Source of the DNA: Podarcis tiliguerta
Taxonomy: Eukaryota
Assembly (NCBI GenBank): GCA_965153285.1
Contig: OZ229115.1
DNA length: 64,000 nucleotides
Direction: 5' to 3' (one strand)
Under the pieces are notes generated by a model. It had not been told where the DNA came from. It saw nothing but the letters and a program-made list of their open reading frames with translations, and made no database searches. Below, one piece after another: positions 39,393-51,484 of the stretch; position 1 is the stretch's first letter; each line of letters opens with the position of its first letter. The position numbers were made by a program, and so were the translations under genes.

Positions 39393-39507
39393 GAGGAACG
39401 GGATGAGAGTGGCTGTGAGGAAGAAGGCGGCCAGGAGGAGGAAGAGGAAGATGATTCGGGAAGTGAAGAAAGCCTGGTGGATTCTGACTCGGATGTTGAA
39501 GAAAAGG
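39393..39507 (+). CDS. KIF21B: KIF21B exon 13 (acidic EERDESGCEEE...DSDSDVEEK)
   Basis: tttcag| and G|gtaaga; 115 nt. Confidence 0.93.
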
Positions 39508-39869
39508 GTAAGATACTGCAGCAAGTGTTGAAAGGCTGATGACTCTTAGTGCAGTCTCTGCAGGGATCTAGGTGAACACAACACACACAGTCTTCAGGAT
39601 ATATGGAGGGGATGGCCTTTAATTCATTTGGGTTTGAAATGTTGAATCCACAGCCCCCATGCTTTCCACCTGGAACTACTGTTGTAATCCTTTTAATAGC
39701 ACAAAAAACATGCCTGTACATATGCTAGGCTTTTTCTCTTAGCATTCAATTCCATAAAAGGGATACAACTTATTCTAGTCTTTAGTGGAGGTTGTAATGA
39801 GTTTAGATACCACTACCTTCAAGACGGTGAAGGTTTTTTTGTTTTTGTGTGTGTGTGTGTCTTATCTAG

Positions 39870-40061
39870 CAGCAAATTTCCAAGCTGATCTGGCTGACCT
39901 GACCTGTGAGATCGAGATCAAACAGAAGCTAATAGATGAGCTGGAGAACAGCCAGCGGCGCCTGCAAACTCTGAAGCACCAGTATGAAGAGAAGCTGATT
40001 CTGCTGCAGAACAAGATCCGTGACACACAGCAAGAGAGGGACAGGGTCCTGCAAAACCTGA
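39870..40061 (+). CDS. KIF21B: KIF21B exon 14 ([24 protein letters not shown]...)
   Basis: tag|cag tandem acceptor (alternative start 39873) and A|gtaagg donor; 192 nt. Confidence 0.93.
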
Positions 40062-40270
40062 GTAAGGGCATGCCACTGGGGTGAAATTGGATTTTGACAG
40101 TTCAAACAGCATCTGTTTGCTGATAATGAAAGATTTTGCATTTGGATTCTCAACTGAGGCTGTGATACAAGGGTGGAAAGATTGCTTAAGCAACATTTCT
40201 ACCCATACACTTAAAGTGTAATCAGTGACATTGGCACTGAGTACAGTCTGTCTGTACTTAAAACCTGCAT

Positions 40271-40384
40271 CAGAGATGTGGAAGCTGTGGCCGCCTGGAT
40301 GCTGTTGGGACTCCAACTCCCATCAGCCCCAGGCACCATGGCCAATTGGTCATGGATGATGGGACCTGTAGTCCATCACTCCTG
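40271..40384. mobile_element. Degenerate palindromic hAT MITE copy
   Basis: gggactccaactcccatca...gatgatgggacctgtagtcc; ends ~30 nt before the exon 15 acceptor. Confidence 0.65.
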
Positions 40385-40415
40385 ATCTACATACTTCCTT
40401 TGTTCTTTCCCTCAG

Positions 40416-40615
40416 GTTCCATGGAATGCTACACAGAAGAGAAGGCGAACAAGATCAAAGCAGATTATGAGAAGCGTCTAAGGGAGATGAACAGGGACCT
40501 GCAAAAGTTGCAGGCAGCCCAGAAGGAGCATGCCCGCCTCCTCAAGAACCAGTCGCGATATGAGCGAGAGTTGAAGAAGCTGAATGCAGAAGTGGCAGAG
40601 ATGAAGAAAGCCAAG
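40416..40615 (+). CDS. KIF21B: KIF21B exon 15 ([12 protein letters not shown]...MKKAK)
   Basis: ctcag| and AAG|gtacct; 200 nt. Confidence 0.95.
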
Positions 40616-40800
40616 GTACCTTGCCTGGGAATTTGCAATTCTTCATTTGGCTAAGTTGGCACCTTCTGGGTGTTTTGGATTCCCACCCTCAGCCCACCCA
40701 GCTTGGGCACCCAACTGGGGAAAGTGGCCCTAGATAGTCACTGGGGCAAGCCAGCTTCTCAGTTATTAAGCTTGGCATTGAGTCTGTTTGTGCCCTACAG

Positions 40801-40908
40801 GTGGCACTGATGAAACAAATGCGTGAGGAGCAGCAGCGGCGCAGATTGGCAGAGACGAAAAGGAACCGGGAGATTGCCCAGCTGAAGAAGGAGCAGAGGA
40901 GGCAGGAG
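40801..40908 (+). CDS. KIF21B: KIF21B exon 16 ([15 protein letters not shown]...)
   Basis: ctacag| and GAG|gtgggc; 108 nt. Confidence 0.95.
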
Positions 40909-41093
40909 GTGGGCAAGAGCACCATTTGTGGCTGCTGAAGCTTTGAGAAGCCTCTTCCTAGTAGAGCTTACAAAAACCCATAGACTGCTGGTGGACAGGA
41001 GAGGGGAAGGCGCTCAGTATAATCAGAGCAATCATGCAAAGCAAAGCTGTGCCTTCAGCCATCTTCACAAAAATAACTTGTGTGTCTACAAAT

Positions 41094-41240
41094 ACATAAG
41101 AAGAGGTCTCTTGGATCAGACCAGAGGACCATTTAGTGTGGTGTCCTGTGCTCACAGTGGCCAACCCAGTTGCCTGTGGGAAATCTACTAGCAGGACATG
41201 AGAGCAGCAGCATTCTCCCCTCTTGTGCTCCAAAGCAACT
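41094..41240 (-). mobile_element. CR1-like LINE 3' end
   Basis: Homologous to the 25665 copy (acataagaagag...ctcacagtggccaacc...gcaggac). Confidence 0.55.
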
Positions 41241-41397
41241 TGAGATCTATTGTGGTTTAGGAGGAGTTGGCTTCCTTCCATACATTCCTTTTACACCAAT
41301 ACACATTTGTCTCCATTTAAGTCAAGACTGACATCACCCCATTGAGATCATCTGCCTGTGGGTTTTGTTAATAACTTTTATCATGCTGTGCCTGCAG

Positions 41398-41466
41398 TTT
41401 CAGATTCGAGCGCTAGAATCTCAGAAGCGGCAGCAGGAGATTGTACTTCGCAGGAAAACCCAAGAG
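41398..41466 (+). CDS. KIF21B: KIF21B exon 17 ([23 protein letters not shown])
   Basis: ctgcag| and GAG|gtgagt; 69 nt. Confidence 0.95.
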
Positions 41467-42362
41467 GTGAGTGGTGACCTTCTTGCTCACAAGGAAGTCA
41501 AATGTTTAGTTTCCTCTAAAAATACACTCGCCTTGGCTTTTGCTATATTGAAAGCCTCTCACTGTCATCCAGAAAGGCTTGTGGATATTTTTGGTGGGTG
41601 TGCTTTTACCTGTCATAAGCACTCACTCAGACTGGAGACATGAATGAACCAGACAAGGAATATTTCTCCCACTCATCAGGAATTCTTTACATGGAACAGT
41701 GTACGATGGACAAACTATTTCTTTCTTTTCTTAAAAATAATTAAACCACCTTTCCAAAATACGAAGGCGAATGTAATATCTCACCTAGACAAAAACAACC
41801 TATCCCCCCACCAGAAAAAACCCTGGCAAAGCTACAATTTTCCTCATATTTCACAGAAAAGATAGGGCACAGCAGGATGATCTGACAGAAAGAATTTGCG
41901 TCCAAAATTCTTTTGAGCTATTGTGGGTTACATGATTTCTCTCTCTCCCTTTAGGATGCCCACTCTCTTTTTATCCAGAGCAACTTTGTTGTTCAGTGTC
42001 ATCCAACTGGGCGTCATACCTGCTGTGTCACACATGGCTTAGTGTGTGATTGCCAACATGGTTCTTTATTTCGTTACACATTTGAGCTCATATGTAGGTA
42101 ACTTGTGGCATTTTTCTCATTCTAACATGAATGTCCAACATTACTGGGAACATCCATAAAAACAGCTGATACTGTGAGCAGACACTTTGCACTTGTGGAT
42201 CTCTGTTAGGCATGAGTAGAGACTGGGGTTGAGGCTGGAGACTGAGCAGCTAACACTTTGAAGAAATTTTCACATAGCAGCCCTGCTTAAGACTGTGTAT
42301 CTGTCTGTTATCACCTCTATATTTTCCATTCTTCTGGACTGCTTTGTTGTGTTGTTGTCTAG

Positions 42363-42592
42363 GTCTCTGCTCTGCGCCGTCTGGCCAAACCTATGTCTGA
42401 TCGGGTTGCTGGAAGAATGAATCAGAAGCAAACCATGCTGGACTCAGGTGTAGAGGTCTCCACCAGCACCACCTCCTCTGAGCCAGAATCTAGTTCTCGT
42501 TCTGTCTCCAGCATTGTGCGCCAATGGAATCGGAAAATCAACACCTTTCTGGGAGATCCTCCTCCTTCCACAAATGGGACTCGAACCGTCAG
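42363..42592 (+). CDS. KIF21B: KIF21B exon 18 ([18 protein letters not shown]...)
   Basis: tctag| and AG|gtaaga; 230 nt. Confidence 0.95.
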
Positions 42593-42933
42593 GTAAGACA
42601 CTGGCCCAGTTAGCAGTTTTCTAAGTAAGTCAGACTGACCTAGGTGTCTAAAACTGTCTGATATAGGTTCCTTTGAGGCCTGTCTTGACTTCTAATCCAC
42701 TGGCTTCTATGTGCCCTCATTTCCATCCACCCAGTATGCTTGGGTAGGAATGACCCAGAATATTTAGCACGGGGATGAGGATCCTTCCAGATATTGCTGG
42801 ACTCCAGCTTTGCCATTTTGCTGTGACTGATGCAAGGTGGAGCCCAGCAACATCTGGGAGCCTTTCCATCTCTGGTTTTGGATAATTCTAAGATCATGTT
42901 GCTCAGTTTTTCATACATGACTTCCATCTGCAG

Positions 42934-43081
42934 GAAGAAGTTCGCAAAGAAAGGGGCAAACCAAACCTTCAGTAAGACAGCCCGCATGAAGTGGCAGTCC
43001 CTGGAGCGCCGTGTCTTTGACATTGTCATGCAGAGGATGACCATCATCAATCTGGAGTCGGATATGGAGCGACTCATCAAG
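42934..43081 (+). CDS. KIF21B: KIF21B exon 19 ([31 protein letters not shown], regulatory coiled coil)
   Basis: ctgcag| and AAG|gtgatg; 148 nt. Confidence 0.95.
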
Positions 43082-43203
43082 GTGATGAAAAGTGGCTGTT
43101 TCTCACTGGAGCAGAAGGCGAAGGGCCTGGGAAGAGAGCCAGAGAAGGGGCTGCACAGCACTGGCAAAGAGGAAACATTCTGCCTTCTGTTCCCCATTTT
43201 CAG

Positions 43204-43398
43204 AAACGTGAGGAGCTGTCACTGATGCAGGAGATGCTTCTGGGGAAGAGGGAGAAGCTTCAGACAGAGAACCCTGAAGAGCAGAAGGGGCTGCAGGAGT
43301 TGAATGAGGAGATTGAGGTGCTGGCAGCCAACATTGACTACATCAATGACGGCATTTCTGACTGCCAGGCCACCATCATGCAGCTTGAAGAGACCAAG
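43204..43398 (+). CDS. KIF21B: KIF21B exon 20 (KREELSL...[24 protein letters not shown])
   Basis: tttcag| and AAG|gtgcgt; 195 nt. Confidence 0.95.
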
Positions 43399-44013
43399 GT
43401 GCGTCTGATCTATCCATGATGCAAGCAGTTTGGGAGGGTGGAATGCTGTTGGACCTGGACCCAGTGATGAGCTGAGGTCGGCTGGCTGAGCTCTTGTGTA
43501 GATAATCAGTTACAGTGAGTGGATCAGGAAGCACTATGTCTTCTTATCTTACCTTAAAGAGTTAAACTCTTGTTTCATTTACAGTGGGCTGTTTCAGTGT
43601 GTTACTGCTTCCTTAAAAGGGGTGGGCTGGGGAAATGTAAGACGCAGAGACTGGGAAGTTAACTTGTAGAATATGGAAAGTCCTGGGTCCCTGCTATTTC
43701 CTCTGAGGAACTGCTATTTCTTCCCCCCTCCCCCTTCTTATTTGGTATGTTCCTTTTCCAGATAAATGTATGCCCCCCGAACACACAATAAACGGTTGTG
43801 TATCAGTTCCTTTCAAAAGCATAAAATAGAAGTCCAAACAAATGGTTTTGTATCAGTGGTACTAACATTATAACATTTTAAATTCTTAACAAAATAGTAT
43901 CAATCCATTATTAAGAGTTCTGAGAATTTGGCAATTGTGTGAAAGTCTCAGCATCCTAAGTGAACTTGCTGGTCTGTAGACATCTCATACAAAGGCTTCT
44001 GACTGGCCTATAA

Positions 44014-44153
44014 CAGCTTCCACAGCCTGGTGTGCCCTCAGGTGTTTTGGACTCCTGATGCCCTTCAGCCATGGCCAGCATGCCCAATGGTCAGGGGTGA
44101 TGATGGGAGTCATAGTTCAAAAATATCTGGAAGGCACCACATTTGGGGAAGGC
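44014..44153. mobile_element. Degenerate palindromic MITE copy
   Basis: tggtgtgccctcaggtgttttggact...gatgatgggagtcatagttcaaaaatatctggaaggcacca. Confidence 0.6.
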
Positions 44154-44389
44154 CACTCTGTAGTGCCTAGGATTTGTGTTCAGGGGCTGGAGCGAGTTGA
44201 TTATATGAAACTGACTACCGTACTACTTTTATGCACAAATATGCTGGATGGGTCTCTTGCATAGCCACTAAGCCTGTGGAGCTAAATCTTTAGCAAAGGA
44301 ACCAGTCCAACTGTTGGCATGGGTAGCAAACTGCAACTGCCCTTTCCCAGACTTTCTCATTCTGTTGTTTTTCTCCTGTGGGTCTCTAG

Positions 44390-44491
44390 GAAGAACTGGA
44401 TTCCACAGACACCTCTGTGGTGATCAGCTCCTGCTCTTTGGCTGAGGCACGGCTTTTGCTGGACAATTTCCTCAAGGCATCCATAGACAAG
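44390..44491 (+). CDS. KIF21B: KIF21B exon 21 ([34 protein letters not shown])
   Basis: ctctag| and AAG|gtaagt; 102 nt. Confidence 0.95.
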
Positions 44492-44767
44492 GTAAGTTAT
44501 TATTTTTTAAAAGCAGCCTTTCTCTCTCATGTGGACCAGAAATCTGATAGCCACATCTTGCTTTGCAACTATTCAGTTGCAAGTTGGTCTGTTCAAAGAC
44601 CCCAAGTAGACCGATCAGTCCTGATGGACAAGGTTAATGAACTTCTTCAAACAGTTTTGCTTTAGAATGGAGTGAGGGAGACAGATGTGTTTCACTAGGG
44701 AGGGCATTCCACAAGTGGGAAAGCTGCCGCTGAGCTTGTGCCTAATCCTCCAATCTTTGCAAAACAG

Positions 44768-44933
44768 AGCCTGCAGGTAGCCCAGAAGGAAGCCCAGATC
44801 CGCCTGCTGGAAGGCCGCTTGAGACAAACGGATGTGACTGGCTCCTCTCAGAACCACCACATCCTGGATGCCTTGCGGGAAAAGGCAGAATCCCACCCTG
44901 AGCTGCAGGCGCTCATCCACAACGTGCAGCAAG
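44768..44933 (+). CDS. KIF21B: KIF21B exon 22 ([20 protein letters not shown]...)
   Basis: aaaacag| (purine-rich acceptor, cctaat branch point) and G|gtggga; 166 nt. Confidence 0.9.
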
Positions 44934-45093
44934 GTGGGAGTTTGGAGTAGCTTTTGCTTCTTTGAGATAGAATCTTTTTTGCTTACCTTCATTCATGGCC
45001 TGGGTCAGAGGGAAGCAGGGGTATGTTTTGGTCCAGCACCAGAGCTAAGTACCCATGTGCTAGTGGATGCTTTTGCTTTATCCTTTTGCACAG

Positions 45094-45154
45094 AGAATGG
45101 CTATGCCAGCACAGATGAAGAAGTCTCTGAATTCAGCATGGCCTCAGAAGGGAG
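45094..45154 (+). CDS. KIF21B: KIF21B exon 23 (NGYASTDEEVSEFSMASEG)
   Basis: cacag| and AG|gtgagt; 61 nt. Confidence 0.93.
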
Positions 45155-45498
45155 GTGAGTTGTGCACCCAAAGAGACCGCAGGGCACAGGTTGAGCGTTT
45201 TCCGCCTGTTTTCCCTCTAGGCTGTGGTGGCCTTTAAAAGGTGGGCAGGGTGTAAATTCCATGTGTTGACCAATGTAGCCACCCTTCAAAGTCAGCTTTG
45301 AGTATGAAAGAAGCCCCTACATGGTTCTTTTCTGTAAAATTCTGGAATTAAGCTAGAAAACCTGTGGTGCAAGAATGAAGTGGGCTCCTGAGTTAAGGAC
45401 TGAAGCTCTGCTGGGATAGAGAGTCTCTTAGTTAGTTTGCACCTCTGTAGTTCTTACTGAAAATATGTGTGCACAAAACTCTCCCTGTGTCCCTGCAG

Positions 45499-45556
45499 CT
45501 TTTCCCAGTCTTTCTCCATGAAGGGCTCTGCCAGTCAGGATGACTTCAAGTGCAGG
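45499..45556 (+). CDS. KIF21B: KIF21B exon 24 (FSQSFSMKGSASQDDFKCR)
   Basis: ctgcag| and AGG|gtaagt; 58 nt. Confidence 0.93.
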
Positions 45557-46509
45557 GTAAGTTTGGAAGTTTGAGTCGGCAAACACTTCCAATTCTTCTT
45601 GTTGTTGTTATACATTTTCATTATGGAAATTCCCAGGAAAGATGGTTAGCAGATCCATCCAGAACTAAGAAAAGCTTCAAATAGCCAGGAAGGAGTTTAA
45701 GATTTTCACCAACCTAAACAATGGTCAGTGACAGGAAAATGTTGACAACGTTGTAGGATATCCTGGTTATTTTTGTATAGAAATGCTTTTTCTTGTTGAA
45801 GGTGCCCCATGTGGTCAGATTTATGTTTGGCTATATTTGTTTATATATGTTTGTTTTTAAAGTGGAACATGGCACTTTGACCTTGCCACGTTCTTCTTCT
45901 GTAGCTTTCCAAATAGTGGGGAGCCCCCCTGCAAATATATGCACCATTTTTTCATCTTCCCTACATTTCGCTGAGGCCAAGTTATGATATTTGTACTGCA
46001 TTTTGGCAGCTAGCCATGGTGCTGTACATCCAGATGGTGATTCTTAAGCTTTGGCCCTCCTCCAGTGAATTGGCAATGAAATTAAAACAAAGCCCTGGAC
46101 TGATGTGTTTTATGTCTCTGTCTGTCCTAGCCGTGGCTCTGTTGAATAAGCCTTTTATCCAGAGAAAACAATTGGCCCCAGACTGGCCTACTTGAATTCT
46201 AGTGGGATGGAGGGGGTGGGGGGCACAGGAACTTCATTAGGTCTCTTCTGAATGACCAGCAATTGCTGCTCAGTGGTAGGTGGTGTGTTCTGTTGTTGTC
46301 CATGTTAATTTCAGAGTGAAGTGGGAAGGTCTTGGAAAGCTGCTTGGGATGTTTGCAGGGGTTTCTGAGACAGAGGTGACCAAGAAATGCTAGCCTTCCC
46401 AGGCTGAATTTGAGCACCAGCTACAGTGGCAACCGGGGAATAGTTCCCGTGTTGCCCTGCCATCTGCTGCTCCTTAGTTTGCTTTGTGTTTTCTGGGGCT
46501 TTGTTTTAG

Positions 46510-46715
46510 GGGGAGCCCAAGCTGTCTGGCCAGATGAAAGCTGTGTCTGCAGAGTGTCTAGGGCCCACATTGGACATCTCCACCAAGAACATCACCAAGT
46601 CGTTGGCATCCCTCATGGAGATCAAAGAGGATGGGATTGGCTTCTCCATCCGTGATCCTTACTACAAGGAGAAGGTCTCCCGCACCATCAGCCTGCCCAT
46701 CCGAGGGAGTACATT
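46510..46715 (+). CDS. KIF21B: KIF21B exon 25 ([19 protein letters not shown]...)
   Basis: ttttag| and TT|gtaagc; 206 nt. Confidence 0.94.
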
Positions 46716-47647
46716 GTAAGCCATGGTAGTCTACTTGGTGATCTGTGTATGGATCGTGCTGGGGAAACTGTGGTGTAGGTGACTGCTGGCTTTGGACGGT
46801 TGGATTTCTGCCATGATTTCTGCCCTACTTGAGGGTGAAGAGTTGGTGGGCAAAGGGAGCGCAACCAAGGAAAGAACAGAAAGTCATGTTCTGACCCCAT
46901 TGTTCTGGGGTCAGAGTCAGTTTCCCTCTTCGCTGGCACAGTCTTCCATGGGGTGTAGCTGTGACACTGCGGCATCGGGTCCCTCATTCTTGTGAAACTG
47001 TTCCCCAAGTCCTCTCCCCAGACCTATAAACTGGCAGCTTCAAGTACTCCTGGTTTACAAACTATAGTGAAAGACTTGAAAGGCAGGGACACCCCCCCTT
47101 TCCCCCAGATGCTGCTACTGTGGGTGGACAAACTTAGGTGGTGTGAACTGCATAGCCTTTACAACCCACCATCAGCCAGGCAGGAACCAGGGCAGGTAGC
47201 TCCTGTGGACACCAAGAGTGCTGAAAATTGAAATAGTCCTCCCAGTCCCCAGAATGAGGGCCACTTCAGACCTTATGGAAACTCACTTGGTCCAGCCCTC
47301 CCAAGAAGTGTGCCATCTTGTAATGCGTGTAGAGAAACGTGTCCCAGAATGTGCTTCCACATCAAAATCTCTGCGCGCACAAACAGCTGGCACGTGCAGT
47401 AAGAATGTTTTTATCCTAGCCTCCCTGTTGTGTCGCTTGGCATCTGCAAGGAGATTCTGATGTGGAGGAGCTTTCAAAGAAGGAATTCCCTGCATGTGAT
47501 GCAGGACTGTTCTGTGTGTCCTGGAGAATATTAGAATCTGCTCTGAGAACCAGCTGGTCAAGGCTTTGCTCCTCCCAGTTTCCTTCAAAGCTGAGGGAGC
47601 CCAACTTTGGATAGGGTATTTACTAACCATGGCTGCCTCTCATCTAG

Positions 47648-47722
47648 CCCTAGACAGTCCCGTGGTGCAGACACATCACCCCTCACCAGGAGGAAGTCAT
47701 ATGACCGGGGCCAGCCTATCAG
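47648..47722 (+). CDS. KIF21B: KIF21B exon 26 ([24 protein letters not shown])
   Basis: tctag| and AG|gtgagt; 75 nt. Confidence 0.94.
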
Positions 47723-47875
47723 GTGAGTGTAAGTGAGTGAGTGCAATTGGCAGCAGTTCTTACACTTTGCTCATAATGCAGAAAATGAACTGTTGTGTGA
47801 TGCAGGCTCTAACAGTGCTGCAAGATTATAGTTCTATAATTAGTGGAACCCACTGATTCTCTCTTTCTTGCCTAG

Positions 47876-47989
47876 GAACCCAGACGTTGGATTCACTCCT
47901 CCTTCATCCCCTCCCAGCAGGCCACGCAACGACCGGAATGTTTTCTCCCGCCTCACCAGCAACCAGAGCCAGGGCTCAGCACTAGACAA
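47876..47989 (+). CDS. KIF21B: KIF21B exon 27 ([33 protein letters not shown])
   Basis: cctag| and AA|gtaagg; 114 nt. Confidence 0.95.
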
Positions 47990-49255
47990 GTAAGGCCGCC
48001 TGTGGAACTTGAGGAAACTTGTATCCCCATAGAAGGTGACAACAGAATGGATAAACTGGCAGTGCCAGGGATATCGTCCCCTTAAGTCCCACACTACCCA
48101 GCACTAAGAATGGCATGTTTTTCTTTGACTTCCAGGTTTGGGCCCTATTTGCACTGGAATTAGCACCATGCCTCTTAGGTGCTAGACACTTAGGTGCAAT
48201 TACTGTGAAACCTGCCAAATCGTTCAGGGAGCCTCTTATGTGCTGTTGTGGAGGCATGTGAATCAAAGTCCTTGGTCTCTGCGGCCAAGTACCTGAGTCG
48301 GTGCTTTAAGCTCAAAAGCACCCTATTCTCCCCATATGTTATGGGTAGCAGTTCTGAATCTCTTTCCAACCCTGTCTGCAACCTATAGGGGCCATCTGCT
48401 CTGGTGCCCCTTTATTAATAGGTTACCTCTGTTTTAGTGTGGGGGAGGAATTGGTATGCTTTTTCCAGTACAGGTGTAAGTTAAGCCTTCCAGATATGTC
48501 TTCATATTGGAAAGATATTGGAAAACAAGGTCATGTGAGTCCTGCTTTCTAAATACCAGCATGTCAGCTTTGGGTTCCCCACCCCTTTCTGGAGTGTGTT
48601 CCACAAGCCTCCTGAACGACAGCTGGTGGCAGCATTGACAGAGCTTCAGTTAACACAATGGGATTCTTCTAACATGGGCTGCCTTGACCTTCAAGGACAC
48701 AGGGATGATGCTGAATTTTCAAAACACAGAACAGCAGCCCAATAAATAAATGAACAAAGGAACCTTTTGGGGCTAAGCTGGCATTAGAGTGACCTCTGTG
48801 ACCATTGGGTCCATATTCCCATTTGGAGGTGGCATGGGAGTCACCGCCAACATTCTCAGAAGCTGGCCCACCCGTAGCTATGTAGGAGCCTTGGGCAGGC
48901 ATTCCCAGATGTGTGCACATTCCCTTCTTTTGCAGAAGAACCACACATGCACAATAACTCAGCATCCTGAGAATCTCCACTTCCTTTTTGTTCTTAATCC
49001 AAGCTCCGAGCCTTATGGCTGCGATGACAGGCTTGCAAGTGTGTGGTGAAGCACCTAGTTAAAAACTCATGATGGTTTCTGCTACGCACCCACCCACCCC
49101 CTGTTCCTGATCCCTTCTGTCTGTGGTCTGCTCTCCTATGTCTGCCCGCCCTGCTAGCTTGGATGCAATAACAACCCTTCCTTTTCTGACTATGCTGCTG
49201 CTTTTCCTTCTCCTGGTTTTAATTACCCATAATCCTGCTAATTTTCTGTCCCTAG

Positions 49256-49294
49256 GTCTGATGACAGTGACTCCTCTGTCTCGGAGGTGCTGAG
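49256..49294 (+). CDS. KIF21B: KIF21B exon 28, 39-nt frame-preserving cassette exon (SDDSDSSVSEVL)
   Basis: ccctag| and AG|gtataa; phase 2-2; peptide matches the SDDSDSSLSEV segment I recall in KIF21 proteins. Confidence 0.9.
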
Positions 49295-50319
49295 GTATAA
49301 AACTTACTATTTATTATATAACTCTTCTTGCTTTCCTCTTTTCTCATTCTTTTCCCCTCCCTGCATTTGAAACCTGCTTGTAACTGAACCCGGTGTGATG
49401 TTTCTTTCCTTGTGCTGCTTCTACTTGCTGGTAGATTTGCCTTCCCAGCTGATTAGAGTGCTCCATTGGGACCCCTTCCTCTGTTAACTGAAACAGTAGG
49501 GCTCACCCCACTCAGCATGCTTCACTAGGACACATCCTGCGGTTAATCCACCAACACGCACGTGTATCTGAAAATCTCAAGTCTCTTTCCCCCGGCACTT
49601 AATAGACGCCATCCTGTGGCATGCTTTTGTTTGGAATGGACCAAGCATGCACCTGCAGGTAGTGCATGTCTATAACCTGGAGTTAGGAGCTAACCATTTG
49701 CATGTGTCGTAATTGCGCCATGATTTCACGAATGTGGCTTTTGAGTAGTTTCTAGGCCTCGTGGTGGAGAGAATATTGGGAAATGTCCAGGCAGCTCCCC
49801 TTCAGGCTCAGAGTCTTGGAGTCATTTGAGTTGAGAACATTTCCATGCCCTTCAGGCACAGCTCCCTGCCTCCCCCACACTTCCCATTTGCTTCCAGTTC
49901 TTGGCAGTCTTGCTCTCATGAAGCCTGTGGGAGCACCCCATGTCTTTTCCATCTGCCACTACAGCCCAGAAGTCCAGCCCCTGTTTTCTTTTTATCCGGG
50001 GCGAGTTATTTTTGCCATAGTTGCTAAAATGGGTGGATGGTAGTTTTTAAATTTGCATAATGGCGTCCAGCCTCATACTGTGAATACATAGGAGGTCCTG
50101 AATGCTGATTCTGGTCACTGGATTTCGTGTTAAAGCGATACTCCAGCAAGTGGCAATGCCTTTCCCTTATTTCTGGGTGTAAAATAAACTTTCAAGACGT
50201 TAGCCAACCCCACTAAAGATGGAGGGGTGCACATGTGTAAGGGAAATGTAATCTGTTATGTTTATTTCTGTCCTAATAATCAAGAGTGTGTACTTTTTGA
50301 AAATGGCAATAAACTACTG

Positions 50320-50790
50320 GACCAAGTTTAAGATTTTGGTATTGACTCATAAATCCATGAACAACTTGGGACTAGAATACCCAAGGAAATCACCTTTTCT
50401 CCCTGTTGACCTACCATCAGCCTTTGCCAACCTAGTGTCCTCCTGGTGTTTAGGGCTACCATTCCCTTCAGCCCCAGCAAAGGCTACCCTGCATAATCAG
50501 TATAATTGTCTGATGAGGCCTTCATGCTTGTGCTACAGCCTTTTGAAATACAGGTAGTGGCCATTAGAACGGGAGGGCCTTTTCTGCAGTGGCACCCTTA
50601 TTATAGAACCACTTTCCCTCTGAGTTTAGGTGAGTGCCCCTATCGATGCTGATCAGGCATCTTTTAAAAACTCACTTGTACTCCCAAGCTGGAGCTTGGT
50701 CTCAGTATATTATCACTTTAATTCTGCCCTACTTTTTCACTGCATTACATTTCTATATTTTATATGTATTTTAACAGTATTGTACACTAC
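50320..50790 (+). mobile_element. Decayed L2-like LINE 3' region
   Basis: caagtttaagattttggtattgac...gagggccttttctgcagtggcaccc...ttaaaaactcacttgt motifs. Confidence 0.55.
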
Positions 50791-51350
50791 CACTTCTCAA
50801 CTTTGATCTAGGAGATGTGTTCAAGCCTCTAACTCACTCTTATGTGATTTATTTTTGGGGAAGGGGCTCCATTCCTTTTTTAAACTTTATGTGTCTTGGT
50901 GATCCCATGTATTCAAATAAGAAACTGCTGCCAACTTTCAGAGCTGTTACAAAGCTTGTTGCCGGGAAGGTTTGAAGTGTCTCCATGTTGACCACAAGGT
51001 GGTGCACCGATTTCATGCCCGACTCAGATGGAGACATTCTGGAGAAGAGGAGTTTGAGTTGTCAAAGTTACAAAGATTATAGTTCTAGAATAACATGACA
51101 TGCTGCTAGGTGGGACCAAGTGGATTATTAAAATAATACAATCATTTGGACCCATGTGTTCATTTCAGAGCAAAAAATAAAGGAGATTTTCATTACTTAC
51201 AAAGGGTCAGTGCCCCTCTTGGCATGTGGTAACAAAACTATATTAGTTAAATTGCACCTTGATCTTGCACAAAGAGAGTTGGAGGCTGAAATTTGAAATA
51301 ATCTTTCAGAAACAAAGCAGCCAATGCAGTAACTTGGAGCTGTTGATGAG

Positions 51351-51484
51351 GAAGGGGCTGTCACTCTATGGATGCTTTGCATGCATCAGGTTCCATGTTC
51401 AATGATATCTCCAGGTGAGGCTGGCAAATATTCCTGCCTGAAACCCTGGAGAACCACTTTCAGTCAATGTTCTGAGCTGGATGG

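Noticed and set aside
42640-43197. 185-aa antisense ORF
   Set aside because: Shadow of exon 19 with no independent gene signals.
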